A program made the translations under genes and the position numbers. DNA of 64,000 bases from Adineta vaga (lineage: Eukaryota > Animalia > Rotifera). Below the pieces are notes generated by a model. That model was not told the origin of the DNA. It worked only from the letters and a program-made list of their open reading frames with translations, and made no database searches. The stretch spans positions 4,650,001-4,714,000 of the forward strand of contig CP075496.1 of assembly GCA_021613535.1 (NCBI GenBank). The letters are read 5' to 3'. Shown in pieces: positions 37,370 through 52,489 of the stretch (position 1 is the first letter of the stretch; the number at the start of each line of letters is the position of its first letter).

Positions 37370-40300
37370 ATGAAAAAGTTGTTTAAGAAAAAAGAGAAAG
37401 TTGAAGGTTAGTTTGAATGAAATTTGTTTCTTTCTTTTCAACGATCTTTTATTCATAAAATTTTAGAGGAGAGTAGAAAAATCAAAGCCAATGATCCTAC
37501 ACAAAATGCAGCGAAACAATTTGCTGTAGATATACTTATTAAAACATAATCTTCACCACATTTAATGATTTATTTATTCAGGGAAATGAAATTTCTACAT
37601 CTAAATACAATTTAATTACTTTTTTACCCAAAAATCTTTTCGAACAATTCCGTCGATTAGCAAATGCTTATTTTCTATTTCTTCTTTGTTTACAAGTAAA
37701 TTTATCTTTTATTTCGATAGATTTTTCTCTCAATCATCTCATTTCTATTATAGCTTATTCCACAAATTAGTTCCTTAGCTCCGATTACTACCATTTTACC
37801 ACTCGTATTCGTCTTGGCATTAACGGCAATGAAAGATGCTAGTGATGATATTGTTTGTTGAAAAAAAAGGACACTTTCTTTCGAAGACAATAATTTCTTT
37901 TGTTTTTGAATAGGCTCGACATCGTAGTGATCGGGAAGTAAATAATCGTGAAACGAAAACTGTTGTTGGAAAAGAATTTGTAACAAGAAAATGGAAAGAT
38001 ATCAAAGTTGGTGATATGATTCAATTAACAAATAATGAATTTGTCACAGTAAGAATATATTTCAAAGATGGAAAAAGACCTTTTCTTCGTATGTTTCTCT
38101 CAGGCAGATATTGTTTTAATCTCAACAAGTGATGAAAATGGTCTTTGTTTTATTGAAACAGCAGAATTAGATGGAGAAACAAATCTTAAAGTTCGACAAG
38201 GATTAGAAGAAACATGTAAGATTGGAGAAGACATTGGTCAATTATCAAGTTTTGATGGTAAAGATAAATTTCAGATTGTTCATTGTGACAAATTGATTAT
38301 TGTAGGTGAAATTGAATATGAAGCACCAAATAATAATCTCGGACGATTTGAAGGAAATCTAACATGGCAAGGAAAAACATATCCTCTAAAAAATGACAAT
38401 GTTCTATTACGTGGTACACGTTTAAGAAATACACAATGGGCTTTTGGAAGTAAACAAATATCGTTTTCTTTATTATTCACTAGAATCTTTATTATTAAAA
38501 ACCCTTTTAGTTGTTTGTTATGCTGGTCCAGATACAAAATTAATGAAAAATAGTGGTAAAGCACCATTTAAACGTACACAAATTGATCGTTTACTCAATC
38601 GAATTATTCTTGGCGTATGAATATCATTGTAACTCATCGAATATATCGAGTATTTTCTTTTCATTTAGATTTTCTTCTTCTTATTAATCATGTGTGCTAT
38701 TATGACAATCTGTTGTGGTCTCTGGGAATCTTTCGTTGGTTATGATTTCCGCAAGTATTTACCATGGGAATCATTTCTATCGAAAGATCGACGTCTTGGT
38801 GCAGTTCAAAAAAGTTTATTGGTATTTCTATCGTATATTATTATCTTAAATACAGTCGTACCGATATCACTCTATGTCAGTGTGGAATTTATACGTTTAT
38901 TACAATCGAAATTCATTGATTGGGATGTGAAAATGTATTATGAACCAAATAATGTTCCAGCACAAGCACGTACAACAACATTGAATGAAGAATTAGGACA
39001 AATCGAATATATCTTTTCGGATAAAACAGGAACATTAACACAGGTAATTTGAAATCGACTTTTTCAAAAAACTTTTATCAGTCAAAAATAAATCTGAAAA
39101 ATCTTCTTTTTTCATTTTAGAATATCATGACATTTAATAAATGTTCTATTCGTGGAAAATTATATGGTTATGTTACTGATGAATCCGGTAATGAAATACA
39201 AGATACAGAAGTAACATTTGATTATATTTCAGCAAGAATAAGAATGAATGATATTTTTACTTTAGAAATATAAACCACTCGAATTCGAAGAAAAGGACGA
39301 AGATTTCGTATGGTATGATCAAAAATTAGTTGATGCAATTAAAAACGGCGATGAAGAGGAACATAACTTCTTCACACTGTTAGCTCTTTGTCATACGGTT
39401 ATGCCTGAAGAACAAGATGGTAAAATTATCTATCAAGCTCAATCACCAGATGAAAATGCATTGGTTTCAGCAGCACGGACATTTGGTTTTGTTTTTGATG
39501 TAAGATTTTTATTCAAAACATATCATAAATATTAATCTTTGTTTGAATTTTTTTTGTGGATAGAATCGTACACAAAGTAGTATTACAGTTCGTTTACCGG
39601 ATAAAGAAGAAACATATGATTTACTTAATATCTTGGATTTTAATAATGATCGAAAACGAATGTCAGTTATTATAAAAAAGGATGGAAAAATCATATTGTA
39701 TTGTAAAGGCGCTGATTCGAAAGTTAAGGAACGTTTAGATTCATCAGAAAGTGAAATTATGGCACAAACGGATGAACATCTTAATGTAAGATCAATTTTT
39801 CATTCATATTTTCTATTATTTCATATTTTGGATTTAGAAATTTGCTAGCGATGGTTTACGTACACTTTGTTTAGCATGGAAAGAATTAAATGAAGGAGAA
39901 TATAAATCATGGACTGAGAAATTAGATAAAGCAAAGTAAATATTGATAGATCTAAAGAATGATGAAATTTAGATCAAATAAACTTGTTTATTCAATTTAG
40001 TACAAGTATGGAAAATCGAGATGAAAAAGTTAGTGAAGTCTATGAAGAAATCGAAAAAAATCTCAAATTACTTGGTGCTACAGCGATTGAAGATAAATTA
40101 CAAGATGGTGTACCACAATGTATTGAACATTTAGCACGTGCTGGTATTAAAATTTGGGTATTAACAGGTGATAAAGTTGGTAAGTAGAACTTGTTTTGAA
40201 GGATTTCTTTTTTTTTTTCTCTCATCGATGAAACGTTCTCGTTATAGAAACGGCGTATAATATTGGTTTATCTTGTCGTTTATTAACTAATGATATGGAA

Positions 40301-43300
40301 ATAAATATTATCGACGATGAAGATGAAAAAGGTGTATCAGCAAAATTAGATCAAGTTCGAAATGAAATGATTGAAAAAGTTGAACAATTATTTGATGTTA
40401 AAATTGAGGATAAGAAAAAACGACTTGATTGGAAAGATTGGGGTATTGATGTGATGAAATTTGATCAATACAGAAAAAATTCCAATAATAACAATAAAGA
40501 ACAAACAGAAGTTACCAATGGTCATGCATCACCATCAAAAACAAAAGCAACAACAGCAACAACAACAAATGATCCAAGTTCACCAGATCGTGAAAATTTC
40601 GAAGGTTTTGGTTTATTAATTACAGGTCAAGCATTAGTTCATGCATTATCTGATAAATTAAAATTGAAATTTCTTGAACTTGGTACATTGTGTAAAGCTG
40701 TTGTTTGTTGTCGTGTAACACCATTACAAAAAGCGCAAGTTGTTGAATTAGTCATGCAAAATGAGAAGAAAATTACCTTAGCTATTGGTGATGGTGCGAA
40801 TGATGTTTCAATGATTCAAAGTAAAAGAAAAACAAGTCGATTTGATGTGTTTGATAAAAAATGAATGTTTGATATTTTTCAGAAGCACATATTGGTGTAG
40901 GTATTAGTGGACAAGAAGGTCGACAAGCAGTATTATCAAGCGATTTCAGTTTTGGACAATTTTGTTATCTTGAAAGACTGTTACTTGTTCATGGGCGTTG
41001 GTCATATTTACGAATCTCGAAATTCTTACGTTATTTTTTCTATAAGAATTTTGCATTTACACTTTGCCATTTTTGGTTTGGATTTTTTTCGGGTTTTTCA
41101 GCTCAGGTAAATAATTGAAATGATAAAGAAAACTTTTATTTAAATCAATGTTTTTTTTTCTTCTTTTCATAGACATTGTACGATCCATTTTTTGTTGCAA
41201 CATATAACGTCTTCTTTTCAGCATTACCTGTTCTTGCATTGGGTGTTTTCGATAAAGTATGTTTCAAAGTTGGAAATTATACTAATGATTAATAAATTCT
41301 TATTATTTTAGGATGTTAGCGCTGATCAATCGATGAATAAACCGCATTTGTAAGTATTTCTATTTCCTTCTTTTTGTCTTACAAAACTTTTCTATTTCTT
41401 TAGATATGCTCCCGGACAAAATCATGAGTTTTTTAATAAAAAAATCTTTGCCGAAAGTGTCATTCATGGCATTTTAACATCATGTATCATCTTCTTCGTT
41501 CCATATTTATCCGTATCAAACAGCAGTCGACCAGGTGGTATGACACAAGCCGATTTACAATCCTTTGGTTTTATGATTGCTACAATTATGGTAGTTGTTG
41601 TTAATTTACAAAATGCATTAGAAATGTGGTATTGGACTGGTTTATATCATTTCGTTTTATGGGGTACAATCGCAGTACATTTCCTATTTCATTTTGCTTT
41701 GTATTCACCACTTATCAAAGTAATATTTAAAACAAATTATCCGTACGTGGGTGTGGCACAAGCTGTTCTAACAACTGGAAATTTTTGGTTTACATTATTT
41801 ATCACATGTGCAGTTTTACTTTTGCCAGTGTTCTGTCGCGAGTAAAGTATTTTTGTGCTATATTTTCATAATGATTTATCCGATGGTTTTATAGATTCTT
41901 TCGTATGCGATTTATGCCAAATAAAACTGATCGTGCAAGATTAAATCAAAAATATCGCTTGGAAGAAAAAGCGGCATTTGTTGCACATATTAAACAAAAA
42001 ATGCGTCAAACGAAACGAGCTGTACGATCAGGATATGCATTTTCTCAACAAGAAGGTTGGGGACCATTGATTACATCTGGTCGAATGCAATCGAAAGCAC
42101 CTTCACGTGCGCGACCATCAAATATGACTAATGTAAGTACAAAGAAATTCTTTTTAAGTTTTTTTCTTTTCGTACAATTCTTAAGACTTTTCTTTTTACT
42201 ATCAAAAAATATTTTCATCGATTATTGATCTTAATCTTATCTAGTTTAAAAACAGAGTACATCCAATATTTTTGGATGATGAATCTTCGAATGTCACATC
42301 TATTCAGTCAATAAACAACACAACAAATCAGAAATAAACGACCGAGATTAAGAGAAATGATAGAATGATAACAGTGAGTGAAAGAAGCTGGCATTATGCA
42401 CTATTTATTTTATTCATTTTTGTTTTGTCGCAAATTACAAGCGTATGAATGCTCGAAAGTATGCAAACGAATCTTGTATCTTGCAATGCTATGTCCCTTT
42501 TGCGATACAAATAGTTGTTTTGCAGAACATTTCCAAATGCTGTGCATGCATTAGTTAGCGAGTTCTTTGTTTGCGCTATTCCATAGAGAGATCATTCACA
42601 ATATCACATGGAATGATTTTGTACCAGTTTTTAGAAAAAATTTGATGAGATTTAAAGCATACATCGTCACTTGATGTAGATGATCGTATTTCTCTCGTGA
42701 ATATAATTGATATGGTTTCAATTCCTGTCTTGTTTTGACATTCAACATGTACATGTAAATCAAAACGATGAGGTGAGTAATATATAATCGATGAGTGATA
42801 ATATGTACATCGAGTAGTGGGATTTTAATAAAGATGAATAACATCCAGAATTATACCTAACACGTTCAATTTAGTTTATAATTAACTCTTCTTTCCTTAT
42901 CAATTATCATGCATGTTTTGTTCTTCTTCTTCTTCTTCTTCTACGTATCATTTATGTAGCATGTTCAATTTGAATTGAAACATTGCAGTATTGTATCTAA
43001 TCTACTAAAGGCTTGATTTCTTTTATTACCACAAAGAAAGCTTCGATTGAATGTTTCAGTCAAAGCTTAACAATATAAATTCTTAAAAACAATTATTAAG
43101 AATTTCTTTATGCAAATATAATCATATAATTCTGATTTAGTCCATGTAATATATGAAACAGACTATATGTGATTTGTCTGAGACAGATTCAATCAATTCC
43201 ATCTATTATCTTCTTTTCTATAATTGATAATCGTATGCAAACTTTTTCTTATTCCTTTAGACGGTTTCGCCACCTTCAGCAACTGATTATGGTTCATCTC

Positions 43301-43479
43301 ATAATGGAAATACTCCTAATTTGCTCAATCCAACTGATGCTAATCAATTAAAAGATGAAGAACACGTTTCTGACACAACACAACCAAAGAAAACTGTGAC
43401 AATCAATGAAACACCAGCAACAGCATCAGCATCGAAAGAAACTGAACCATTACTCTCATCTACGAAAAATGAGCAGTGA
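37370..43479 (+). CDS. ATP8B: P4-ATPase phospholipid flippase, ATP8B-like, ~20 exons, with two alternative terminal exons
   Basis: [43 protein letters not shown] phosphorylation site, [32 protein letters not shown] regulatory motif. Confidence 0.92.
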
Positions 43480-44089
43480 CATTTGAATTTATCAATTGTC
43501 AGTTCAAATAATGATCATTTCTACCCATTGTTTAGATTAGAAAGTGGAAATGTACATAATTATACATATATTATATATACGAGTCATGTGTTTTCTTGAA
43601 ATCTGCTATACTAGCTCTAACTCTTAATTCATATCCTAATCTCGCCGGTGTGTTGTGTTGTGTTCGTTTGATGTGTTGTTTTCTTTTTCGTCATTCTGTT
43701 ATTAGCTCAATTAAAAAAGCACACGATATTCAGAATATAAATCATTTTTGAAACTAGCTTTTTCTTTCGTACTCTTTTTGAAAACTTTAACGATCAGATA
43801 AATATTCGTTTTGCTCAATCAAACATTCAATTCCATGCATGATTTGTCGTAAGCTCATTTTTAGTTTTATTGCATGCTATTATTCATTTCTCATTTCTCT
43901 GAATATCAATGTTTTATTCTATATATTTTTAGTATCATAACAATTCTCGAATTTATCGAATCGTAAATCACATTTTTAACTAGAATTTTCTTGTAATCTT
44001 CATCTCTTAATAAATAAAATCTACCACAAAATATAAAGAATATTTGTATAGAGAGGAGATTTTCATTTTTCATTTTCCATTTAGAATTC

Positions 44090-45836
44090 ATGCCGAGAGG
44101 AAGTCGACCGAAACCATCGAGTAATTTAATTTCTGACAAAATTCTTGTAGGGTAAGTCGATTTATTAGTTTTATTTTTGTTTTACAGTATTCAACTTGTT
44201 TTTAGTATTAAATCATATCGTCCATTACGTTTGTTTATCACGAAACAAAAAAAGAAAGGAAGCACCGTAAGTGTACAGAGGAAAACAGATTCTTTCATTG
44301 AAATTTTGCTTTCTTCTATAGGAAAATCCATTTACTCTACGAGTAAAATATTGTCAACTTCCACAAGAAAAACAAGATAGATTTCTACAAAAAGCAGTAG
44401 ATAAATATATTGAATTACTTGTAAGACATATTTTATTGAAAAATAATTTCAAATTTTATTCTATTGATATGATTTTTCATTGTCTAGGATGAGAAAGATG
44501 TTGATGAACAAGTACAAATCGATTGTAAATTATTCGATTATTTGTTAATGAAAGGTGAACAAAAGAAATATTTCCAATCAATCAATGCACCGATAAAACC
44601 ACCAGGGTAAATGACAGAAACCTTCTCGAAATAAATTTAATTGAACAAACTTGATTTGTGATATTTTAGAACAGCTGTACCGTTTTATACACAAAATGTT
44701 AAAGAAGAAAATGATGATGATACTGAAATATCTTGGAAATCATTGAGCACAGATGAACGTAAAGTTTTTAAAAGAAAACGAAAAGAAGTAAATAATTCGA
44801 AAAAATCAACAAGATTATTTTGTCAAATCTTTCTTTCTAATAGGCTAAACTTGAATATGCTGCTCAAGTTAAAAATTTTGCTAATGATTTACCCGAACGT
44901 CTTCGAACAGATTATTTAATATATGCGGAACAATATCCTCATAAACGTCCAAAGATTGAATCAACTATCGTTCATACTGATGAGTCACAATTAATTCGTC
45001 AACGTCGTAAATCATTAACGGCATTACCTGAAAGTTTGCAAACACCAACAGCAGCAGTTTTCTCACCATTATCCGATGATATACCTGTAAAATTAAATCG
45101 CAATCAACTTGAAAGTTTACATAAATGTATGCCAAATGTTCTTTACTATGAAAATGCAGTATCTAACGATGACAAACCAACATTCACAAGAACTATGACA
45201 AAAAATTCTTATATGAAATCAATATTTAGTCAATTAGATGATAAAGAACGATTGAAATATGTTACAAAATCCATAAAAAAATGGAATGAATTTCTTGAAG
45301 AAAATCCTTTGATCATCGAATATCTGATACCAACATTACATTTGTTATTAACTCGACAAGAAGATATCATGTTATATTTCTCATCGATTGATTTACCACC
45401 TCGTCCGCCAATTAATAGTTATCTTTATTTCAATCTTGAAAAGGAAGAAACAGGTTCTCGACAATCTTGGTCAGATTTATCTCCAACACAAAAGACTGAA
45501 TATGCTGAACAATTAACTGCAAGGAAAAATGAATATTATCAAAAATTAACTCATTTTGTTGATGATATCTTGCCGTCAGATTATATGAGATATGAATTTT
45601 TTCGAAATATCAAATATGCAATTAAAGATTATGAATTAGCAACGAAAAGTGAAATTCTTGATAAACAAACTGGACAAATTAAATGGCATGAATATTATAT
45701 GCAAAAACTAAGTCTACAAAATCAACAAAATCAAATAAATCATATCAAAGAAAAATTATTAGCAACTGGATTAACAACTGAACAGAAAGATCTTGTAGAT
45801 GAACTTATACAAGTCTATTGTGGATGTACGAAGTGA
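44090..45836 (+). CDS. Multi-HMG-box-like protein (UBF-like architecture), multi-exon
   Basis: Repeated degenerate HMG segments: PIKPPG|TAVPFY...SWKSLSTDERKVF...AKLEY and PPRPPINSYLYF...SWSDLSPTQKTEY. Confidence 0.6.
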
Positions 45837-46408
45837 TGATAAATAAATAAATAAGAATCATTTGTTGCTTTTCAATAGTTCAGAAAAAATTTTGTTGTCA
45901 GAAAAATAAAAACATAAACTTCTAGAGCCAGATTATTATTGTTATTAGTATCATTAGTATTATATTCATTATTTGTTTTTTTTTAATATGTTTTTTGAGT
46001 AATTGTATAGTACTCAAGAAGAAGAAGAAGAAAACATACGTATTTAACGTAAATCATACTTAATCTTGAAATAAATTGTTGAAAAATGTATATATTCATG
46101 TAATTTTATTCACTATGAAGAAAACTAAGAAAATGATTTCATATATAAATGAATTCGTTTGTTTATATAAGAAAGATTTGACTCATTACAGAATAGATCT
46201 GTTCATTGGTGACCTCTGTTGACTAGTATTCTCAATCGTGACGTATCTAATCCATTAATTTAGCACGACAGATGGATTGAAATTGAAATTGAAAGAATAG
46301 ATATATACAACATAATTGGTGGTATCTTGTCTTGATAGAAATTAGATCTTATTTTTTTATCAATAATCCTATTTACTTTAATTGTTTTATTTTAGTATTA
46401 TTGAAAGC

Positions 46409-49400
46409 ATGGCTTTCTGGCGTGGTGGTTCTCTTTTCTCATCAGCAGCATCGACAACATCTTCATCTAATGATAATTTTGGTCAAGAAACAGTAAGAAA
46501 ACGACACTAATAAGTTCTCATTTAACTTCATGTCTCCTAGATCGAACGTCTATCCGATCGTCTTCAATCAGCAGTACGCAGTGATGATCGACGTGATGCA
46601 GTACGTGGTTTAAAAGCACTATCAAAAGTAACTAATCATTTATATGTACGATAGACAATTCTTATTCGAATTTCAATAGAAATGTAAACTTGAAGTCGGT
46701 ACTCAAAGTATGACTTTATTAGCAAATATTCTACAAGGTGATCGAAGTGATTTGGATCTCATTCAATTAGCACTTGAAACATTAGCAAATGTTGTTACTT
46801 ATGAAGTTGGTAGTGAAGAAGGTATTTCATTTTTGCTGCTAAATGATTGTTTTTATCTATCGATCTATTTTTATAGAGCAAGCAAATTTACCACATGATA
46901 TTACAGTACAATTTACAGGTATTATTAGAAATTCTTTTTAATGAAATATATTCATTAGAAGCTTTTAGAATTGTATATCAAGAACAAAGGAAATGTTCAT
47001 GCTACTCTTGAACTTATTGAAGTTAGTTTTACTGAATTTGAATAATTATCAATATTTTTGATTGAGATATTTTTCTAGGAAAATGATTTCAATGTTCGTC
47101 GTTCTGCTATTCGATTTCTTACTGCACTGTTAACAAATTGCACGAAAGAATTACAAGAGATTATTCTAGAAAGTGGACCAATGGGTGTTTCAAAATTAGT
47201 TGATCTTCTTCAAGACGAACGTGAAGTGATTCGAAATGATGTAAATCTTTTATATTCACAAAGAAAACTAAGTTGTCTTTTTATTATATTTCATTTTCAT
47301 TGTTAGGCAATTCTTCTCTTACAAATCTTAACTCGTTCAAATGCAAATATTCAAAAAATAGTTGCATTTGAAAATGGTTTTGAACGTTTATTTGAAATTC
47401 TTGTTAGTGAAGGTGGAAGTGATGGAGGTAAATCGATTTTTCGACCAAAAAAAAACCCCTTTTATTTTCTTTTGTATAAATAGTTGTAACCGTAGAAGAT
47501 TGTCTATCTGTTTTATTGAATTTATTAAAAAATAATCCATCAAATCAAAGTTATTTCCGTGAAGGCTCGTATATTCGGCGATTAGTTGATTTTTTTGAAC
47601 TTGGTTCTATTGGAGAAAAACGTTGGTCTGCACAAAAAGTTACCAACGTTCATCTTCTATTACAAGTAATACATATTAATCAATGGAAAAAAAAACATTT
47701 CTTATCAATCTTTAATTCAGATCATTCGAACACTTGTTTCACCTACGAATTCCAATCAGAATATCGTTGCTTGCCAACGTACGATTAGTCAATGTGGTAA
47801 GAATTATCATACAAATATTTTCTTTCTTTCTATCGATATTTGACAAAGGTTTGTTACATCGTTTATGTGTAATGCTAACGTTAACAACAATTCCAGCTGA
47901 TGTATTAGCAGAAGTGAGTTTAGTTATGTTTGTATTTGAATGAATCGATATGTTTTGTATGTCTTATAGACTATAAATACAATTGGTGATGTCGTTCGTG
48001 GTCATAGTGAAAATCAACAATTTCTTGGTTCTGTTATGAATACAACTGGTGAAGCTCAACAGTAAAATGAAATTGATTTTTTTGAACTGTTGATAATTGT
48101 TATTTTTTTTTCTTCAGACCAGTTTTATTTAATCTACTCTATACAATGGTTGCTGGTGAAAAACAACCATTTCCACTTCGAATTTCTATTCTCTATTGTC
48201 TTCAATGTTATTTATATAAAAATGAATCAGGCAAATCGTTTATCGTTCAAACACTCTTACCTCAAACTGAAAATGGTTAAAAGAAAAGCAATTTCTTTCT
48301 ATGATTGATTTTCTTTCTATTTTTTTAGCTGCTAGTCAATATACATTAGGACATTTACTCATCATTGGTTACTTAAGTAAAGATATCGTTGCATCTTGGT
48401 GTTCTGGTATTGCACTTGCTCGATTAATTGCTGATAGTCAACAATTTAAAGAAGCTATTCTCAAAGTTGTATTAGCTGTTGATCAAGCACAAACAGGAGC
48501 GAAAACTCTTATGGAAATTTCTATTGATTTACTACAAAATGTAGATAAATAACTAAAATCGGAATATTCAATATATTCTTTTCATGTTTATAGTCTTCAT
48601 CTTCATTTCATACACGTGTTGCTGTATTAGTTTTCCTTTGTACATGGTTATCCAATTGTTCATTAGCAGTACAAATATTTCTCTCAACTCCTAATAGTAT
48701 TTCATATGTAAGTGTGTATTTATTTTATCTAGATCATTGTTTCTATTCCAATTTTGTAGCTTATCTCGCAAATTTGTGCACAATTAATAGCAGATGATCG
48801 AGAAAATCTCATTCAATCTTTATGTTCATTCGCATTAGGTTTATGTTTACTATTTAATAACAATCAAATACCATCATATACAACGTAAGAAAGAAAGTTT
48901 TGACAATTTTCGATGAAAAAAATCTTTCTATTTTCTAGTGAATCTCTCGAACGATTAATAAATAAACGTGTTGGTATTGAATTATTTCAAGAAAAACTTG
49001 AAATATTATCAAAATCGGAATTCTATGCCAAAGCTTTACAAAAGCCGCAACTGAAATTATCGAAATCTGCAGATATGATTTTGGATTATGAATTTGCTCG
49101 TCTATACAAAACTCTCGAAGGTTCAATTGGACGAATGTTAAATTCACAAAATATGAATTCGACTGAAAAGACACTTGGTGATCCATTAGCAAATAATCTT
49201 TATGATCAACAAACATCGACTATGATGGCACATTATAATGATTTGATTCGACAACAAGATCAACAATTAAATACATATAAACAGCAGGAAAAACAATTCC
49301 TTCAAGAAACAGATATGCATAAGAAGAAAATCAATGAATTAGAACAAAAATTACAAGAAATTAAAGATCAATATTCATTATTAAAGATATCTACTAAACA

Positions 49401-50436
49401 AGGTAGAAGAAAATTCGAATGAAATTTAATATGATTCGTTATTTATAGGACCAGATGCTCATAATGAGTTAAGAACCATATGTGAACAACAAAGAGCTGA
49501 ATTAGAATATTTGAGAAATATTTTCGTATGTTAATTTTAATTTATTAATTCATTGAACTTGTATTTTTATGAAATATTCTTCTCTCAATGCAGAATCAAC
49601 AACAACATTCTTCAATGCTGCATCAGTAAGTAGATCTACTAAATAAATGATTGAGTTTATTTCTATAAGTCAAATTTTAACTTTTAAATAACTTTTTCGT
49701 TTGAAGAGCGATGTACGCGTATTCTCGTTTTTAATTTAATTTTAGTGTTGAAAATGGAGTTGAACAATTACATTTGAATAACAATGAGAATCATTCGATA
49801 CAAGTAAATCAAAATAGTCTTTTGATATTTCTGATATTTAAAAATGATTTCATATAGAATGATGGACGTATTCAAGTGGGAGAAAGAGCAGCATTAACAG
49901 CTCGTATTACTGAATTACAAGAAAGATTGAATGCATTTGATGAAAGGTACAAACTTAAGATTTTTTGATTAATTCCTTCTCTTATTATATTTTCTAATTA
50001 GATATGCGGCACAAAATGATGAAATAGCTCGACTTCAATTAGAAAATGGTGTTTTACAAGAAAAACTTACAAATGAAAAACGAAAAGTAGCAATTTTTGA
50101 GGTTTATTATTTGAATATTGTTTTTAGTTTATTATCTTATTTTCACTTCTTAATCTTCTTTTCAGGGCCTTGATAGTCAAATGCAAGGATTAATAGATGA
50201 AAAAAGTCGAATAGATAATGAATATCAAAAATTGAATACTATTTATCAACAAACTTTGACTGAACAAAATGATCTACTTGCTCTATGTTCGACTTATGAA
50301 GATCAATTAACAACATGTAGAAATCTGATACAATCAGCAGGATTAACCGTAAACGAAATGAATTTTAAATTCTATATTTTATCATTTTCATATTTAGGTA
50401 CCCAACTTCTTACTTGAACTTGATGATAATGAATGA
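46409..50436 (+). CDS. USO1: General vesicular transport factor p115, multi-exon
   Basis: ET|IERLSDRL...DDRRDAVRGLKALSK, PMGVSKLVDLLQDEREVIRND, IQKIVAFENGFERLF, WSAQKVTN; C-terminal coiled coil with EQNDLL and an acidic tail. Confidence 0.92.
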
Positions 50437-51067
50437 TCATCGATTATTTATTTTATGTCATATATATTCTTTTTTTTATTATCTATTTCTCATTTTAAAT
50501 CGCTAGATTGGCATTTTCTTGTCTGTGTTTTAATCTTGTTTTTTTTCTCTTTCAAATTGATCGTTAAATATACAACTATGTGGGACATGGAGAAATCATT
50601 TTGCGTGCAGAAATAATCTAGTGTATGAATTACAAATATTATTATCTACTCTTTTCAAGACTTGAAGGATATAATTTACAGATGAAAACATCATAAGTTT
50701 TGTGTTGTTTCTGAGTTCTAAATCATTTTTGTCAACCCGTAGGTTTCTTTTTCTAATTGTAATTACATCTGAACGATAGTAAAACACATAAAACATTATT
50801 ATCGTTCTTTTTCAAGTTTATCAGCAAATAAGACAATGATAACATGCACTAAATTTCTTACATGTGAAATCTACCTTGTCATCCGAGAACACACCTTCTG
50901 CAACTCAACAAATATATCGAGATACTTCGACCAAAATCTTCATAGCTCTAATACTAAGAAAATATATTACAGACTCTATATATTTAACAATATTATGAAT
51001 AATACTTAATCACACACTCACATACATATAACTATTTCATGAATCTATTTAAAAAATACAGAATAAT

Positions 51068-52489
51068 CTAATCTGGTAAAATAGCTTTTAATCGGAGAAG
51101 AGCAATACGTTCCACTTGTGCACATGCTGTTTCGAATTCACGCTCACGATCATTCGACAATCGACGTTTGAATGCATCAACAATACTTGCCTTTGTGTTG
51201 TCTTTTACTGCAATGATGAATGGAAAACCAAACTTTGTCGTGTATTCTTGATTCAGTTTAGTGAACATTTCGCGTTCTTCATCTGTCAACAAATCAAGAC
51301 CAGCCGATGCTTGTTCATTTGTTGATTCAGCAGTCAATCGTTTCGCCATCGCTAGTTTACCAGCGAGATCAGGATGAGCAAGTAATACTTGCAGACGATC
51401 ATCAGCCGATGCTGCTCGAAACTGAGTTCGAAGTGCAAAATGAAGACCAACAGCCGTGTCATTAGCAGGTGCAAGCTCACCATCGAATGCGCGTTCAGCA
51501 ATCCACGCTGAATGTTCAAAGATCGATCCGAATCGTTCGATGAATGTTTGTCGATCAAGTTGTGTTGGAACTAGATCTCGTTTGACAAAAGGATGCGTTT
51601 TCTTCCAATGCTCTGCAATTTGAAGACGAGTTGGTATCCATACTTTGTCATGCTTTTGGATGTAATCTATGAATCTTGTAAGTGAAGCAATTCGGCCAGG
51701 TCGACCAATCAATCGACAATGAAGTCCGATGGTCATCATTTTCGGCATACCATTTGCTCCTTCTTGATAGAGTGTATCGAAGAGATCTTTGAGATAAGTG
51801 AAGAACTGATCACCCGAATTGAAGCCTTGTGGCGTTGCAAATCTCATATCATTTGAATCTAATGTGTAAGGAATGATGAGTTGTGGTTTGTTGTTGTGTT
51901 CGCGCCAATAAGGAAGATCATCATCATAAGTGTCCGAGATGTATTCACAGCCACCTTCTTCACTGACAAGATCGACGGTATTGACAGAGCATCGACCTGT
52001 ATACCAGCCTCGTGGTCGTTGACCAGTTGCAAGAGTATGAAGACGAATGGCTTCTTGTATTTGTTGTCGTTCAAGATCTTTTGACATGTCTTTGTGTTCT
52101 ATCCATTTATATCCATGTGATGCAATTTCCCAGTTTGCTTCTTGCATAGCAGTGACTTGTGCAGGTGAACGCATGAGAGCCGATGCAACAGCATAGATAG
52201 TGATGGGAATGTTGCGTTGAGTGAATAGACGATGTAGACGCCAGAATCCAGCTCGAGCACCATATTCATAGATGGATTCCATGTTCCAATGTCGTTGACC
52301 AGGCCATTGTGCAGCACCAACGATTTCGGAGAGAAATGCTTCTGATGCTGCATCACCATGAAGAATGTTATTTTCACCACCTTCTTCATAGTTGAGTACG
52401 AACTGAACAGCAACATGAGCATCGTTTGGCCAATGAGGATGTGGTGGATGTTGACCATATCCGTGCATATTTCGTGGATAGTAAGGCAT
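51068..52489 (-). CDS. puuE: Allantoinase PuuE - OHCU decarboxylase (UraD) fusion, copy 1, intronless, bacterial type
   Basis: YPRNMHGYG, QFVLNYEEGGE, ESIYEYGARAGFWR, RPRGWYTG, PYTLDSNDMRF, GLHCRLIGRPGR. C-terminal FEHSAWIAE, AHPDLAG, STNEQASAGL, KFGFPFIIAV, IALLRL (OHCU decarboxylase). Confidence 0.93.
   Translation of the reverse strand: MPYYPRNMHGYGQHPPHPHWPNDAHVAVQFVLNYEEGGENNILHGDAASEAFLSEIVGAAQWPGQRHWNMESIYEYGARAGFWRLHRLFTQRNIPITIYAVASALMRSPAQVTAMQEANWEIASHGYKWIEHKDMSKDLERQQIQEAIRLHTLATGQRPRGWYTGRCSVNTVDLVSEEGGCEYISDTYDDDLPYWREHNNKPQLIIPYTLDSNDMRFATPQGFNSGDQFFTYLKDLFDTLYQEGANGMPKMMTIGLHCRLIGRPGRIASLTRFIDYIQKHDKVWIPTRLQIAEHWKKTHPFVKRDLVPTQLDRQTFIERFGSIFEHSAWIAERAFDGELAPANDTAVGLHFALRTQFRAASADDRLQVLLAHPDLAGKLAMAKRLTAESTNEQASAGLDLLTDEEREMFTKLNQEYTTKFGFPFIIAVKDNTKASIVDAFKRRLSNDREREFETACAQVERIALLRLKAILPD

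Noticed and set aside
51600-52489. Chitin/polysaccharide deacetylase annotation
   Set aside because: The fold is shared, but PuuE-type motifs and fusion to OHCU decarboxylase point to allantoinase.
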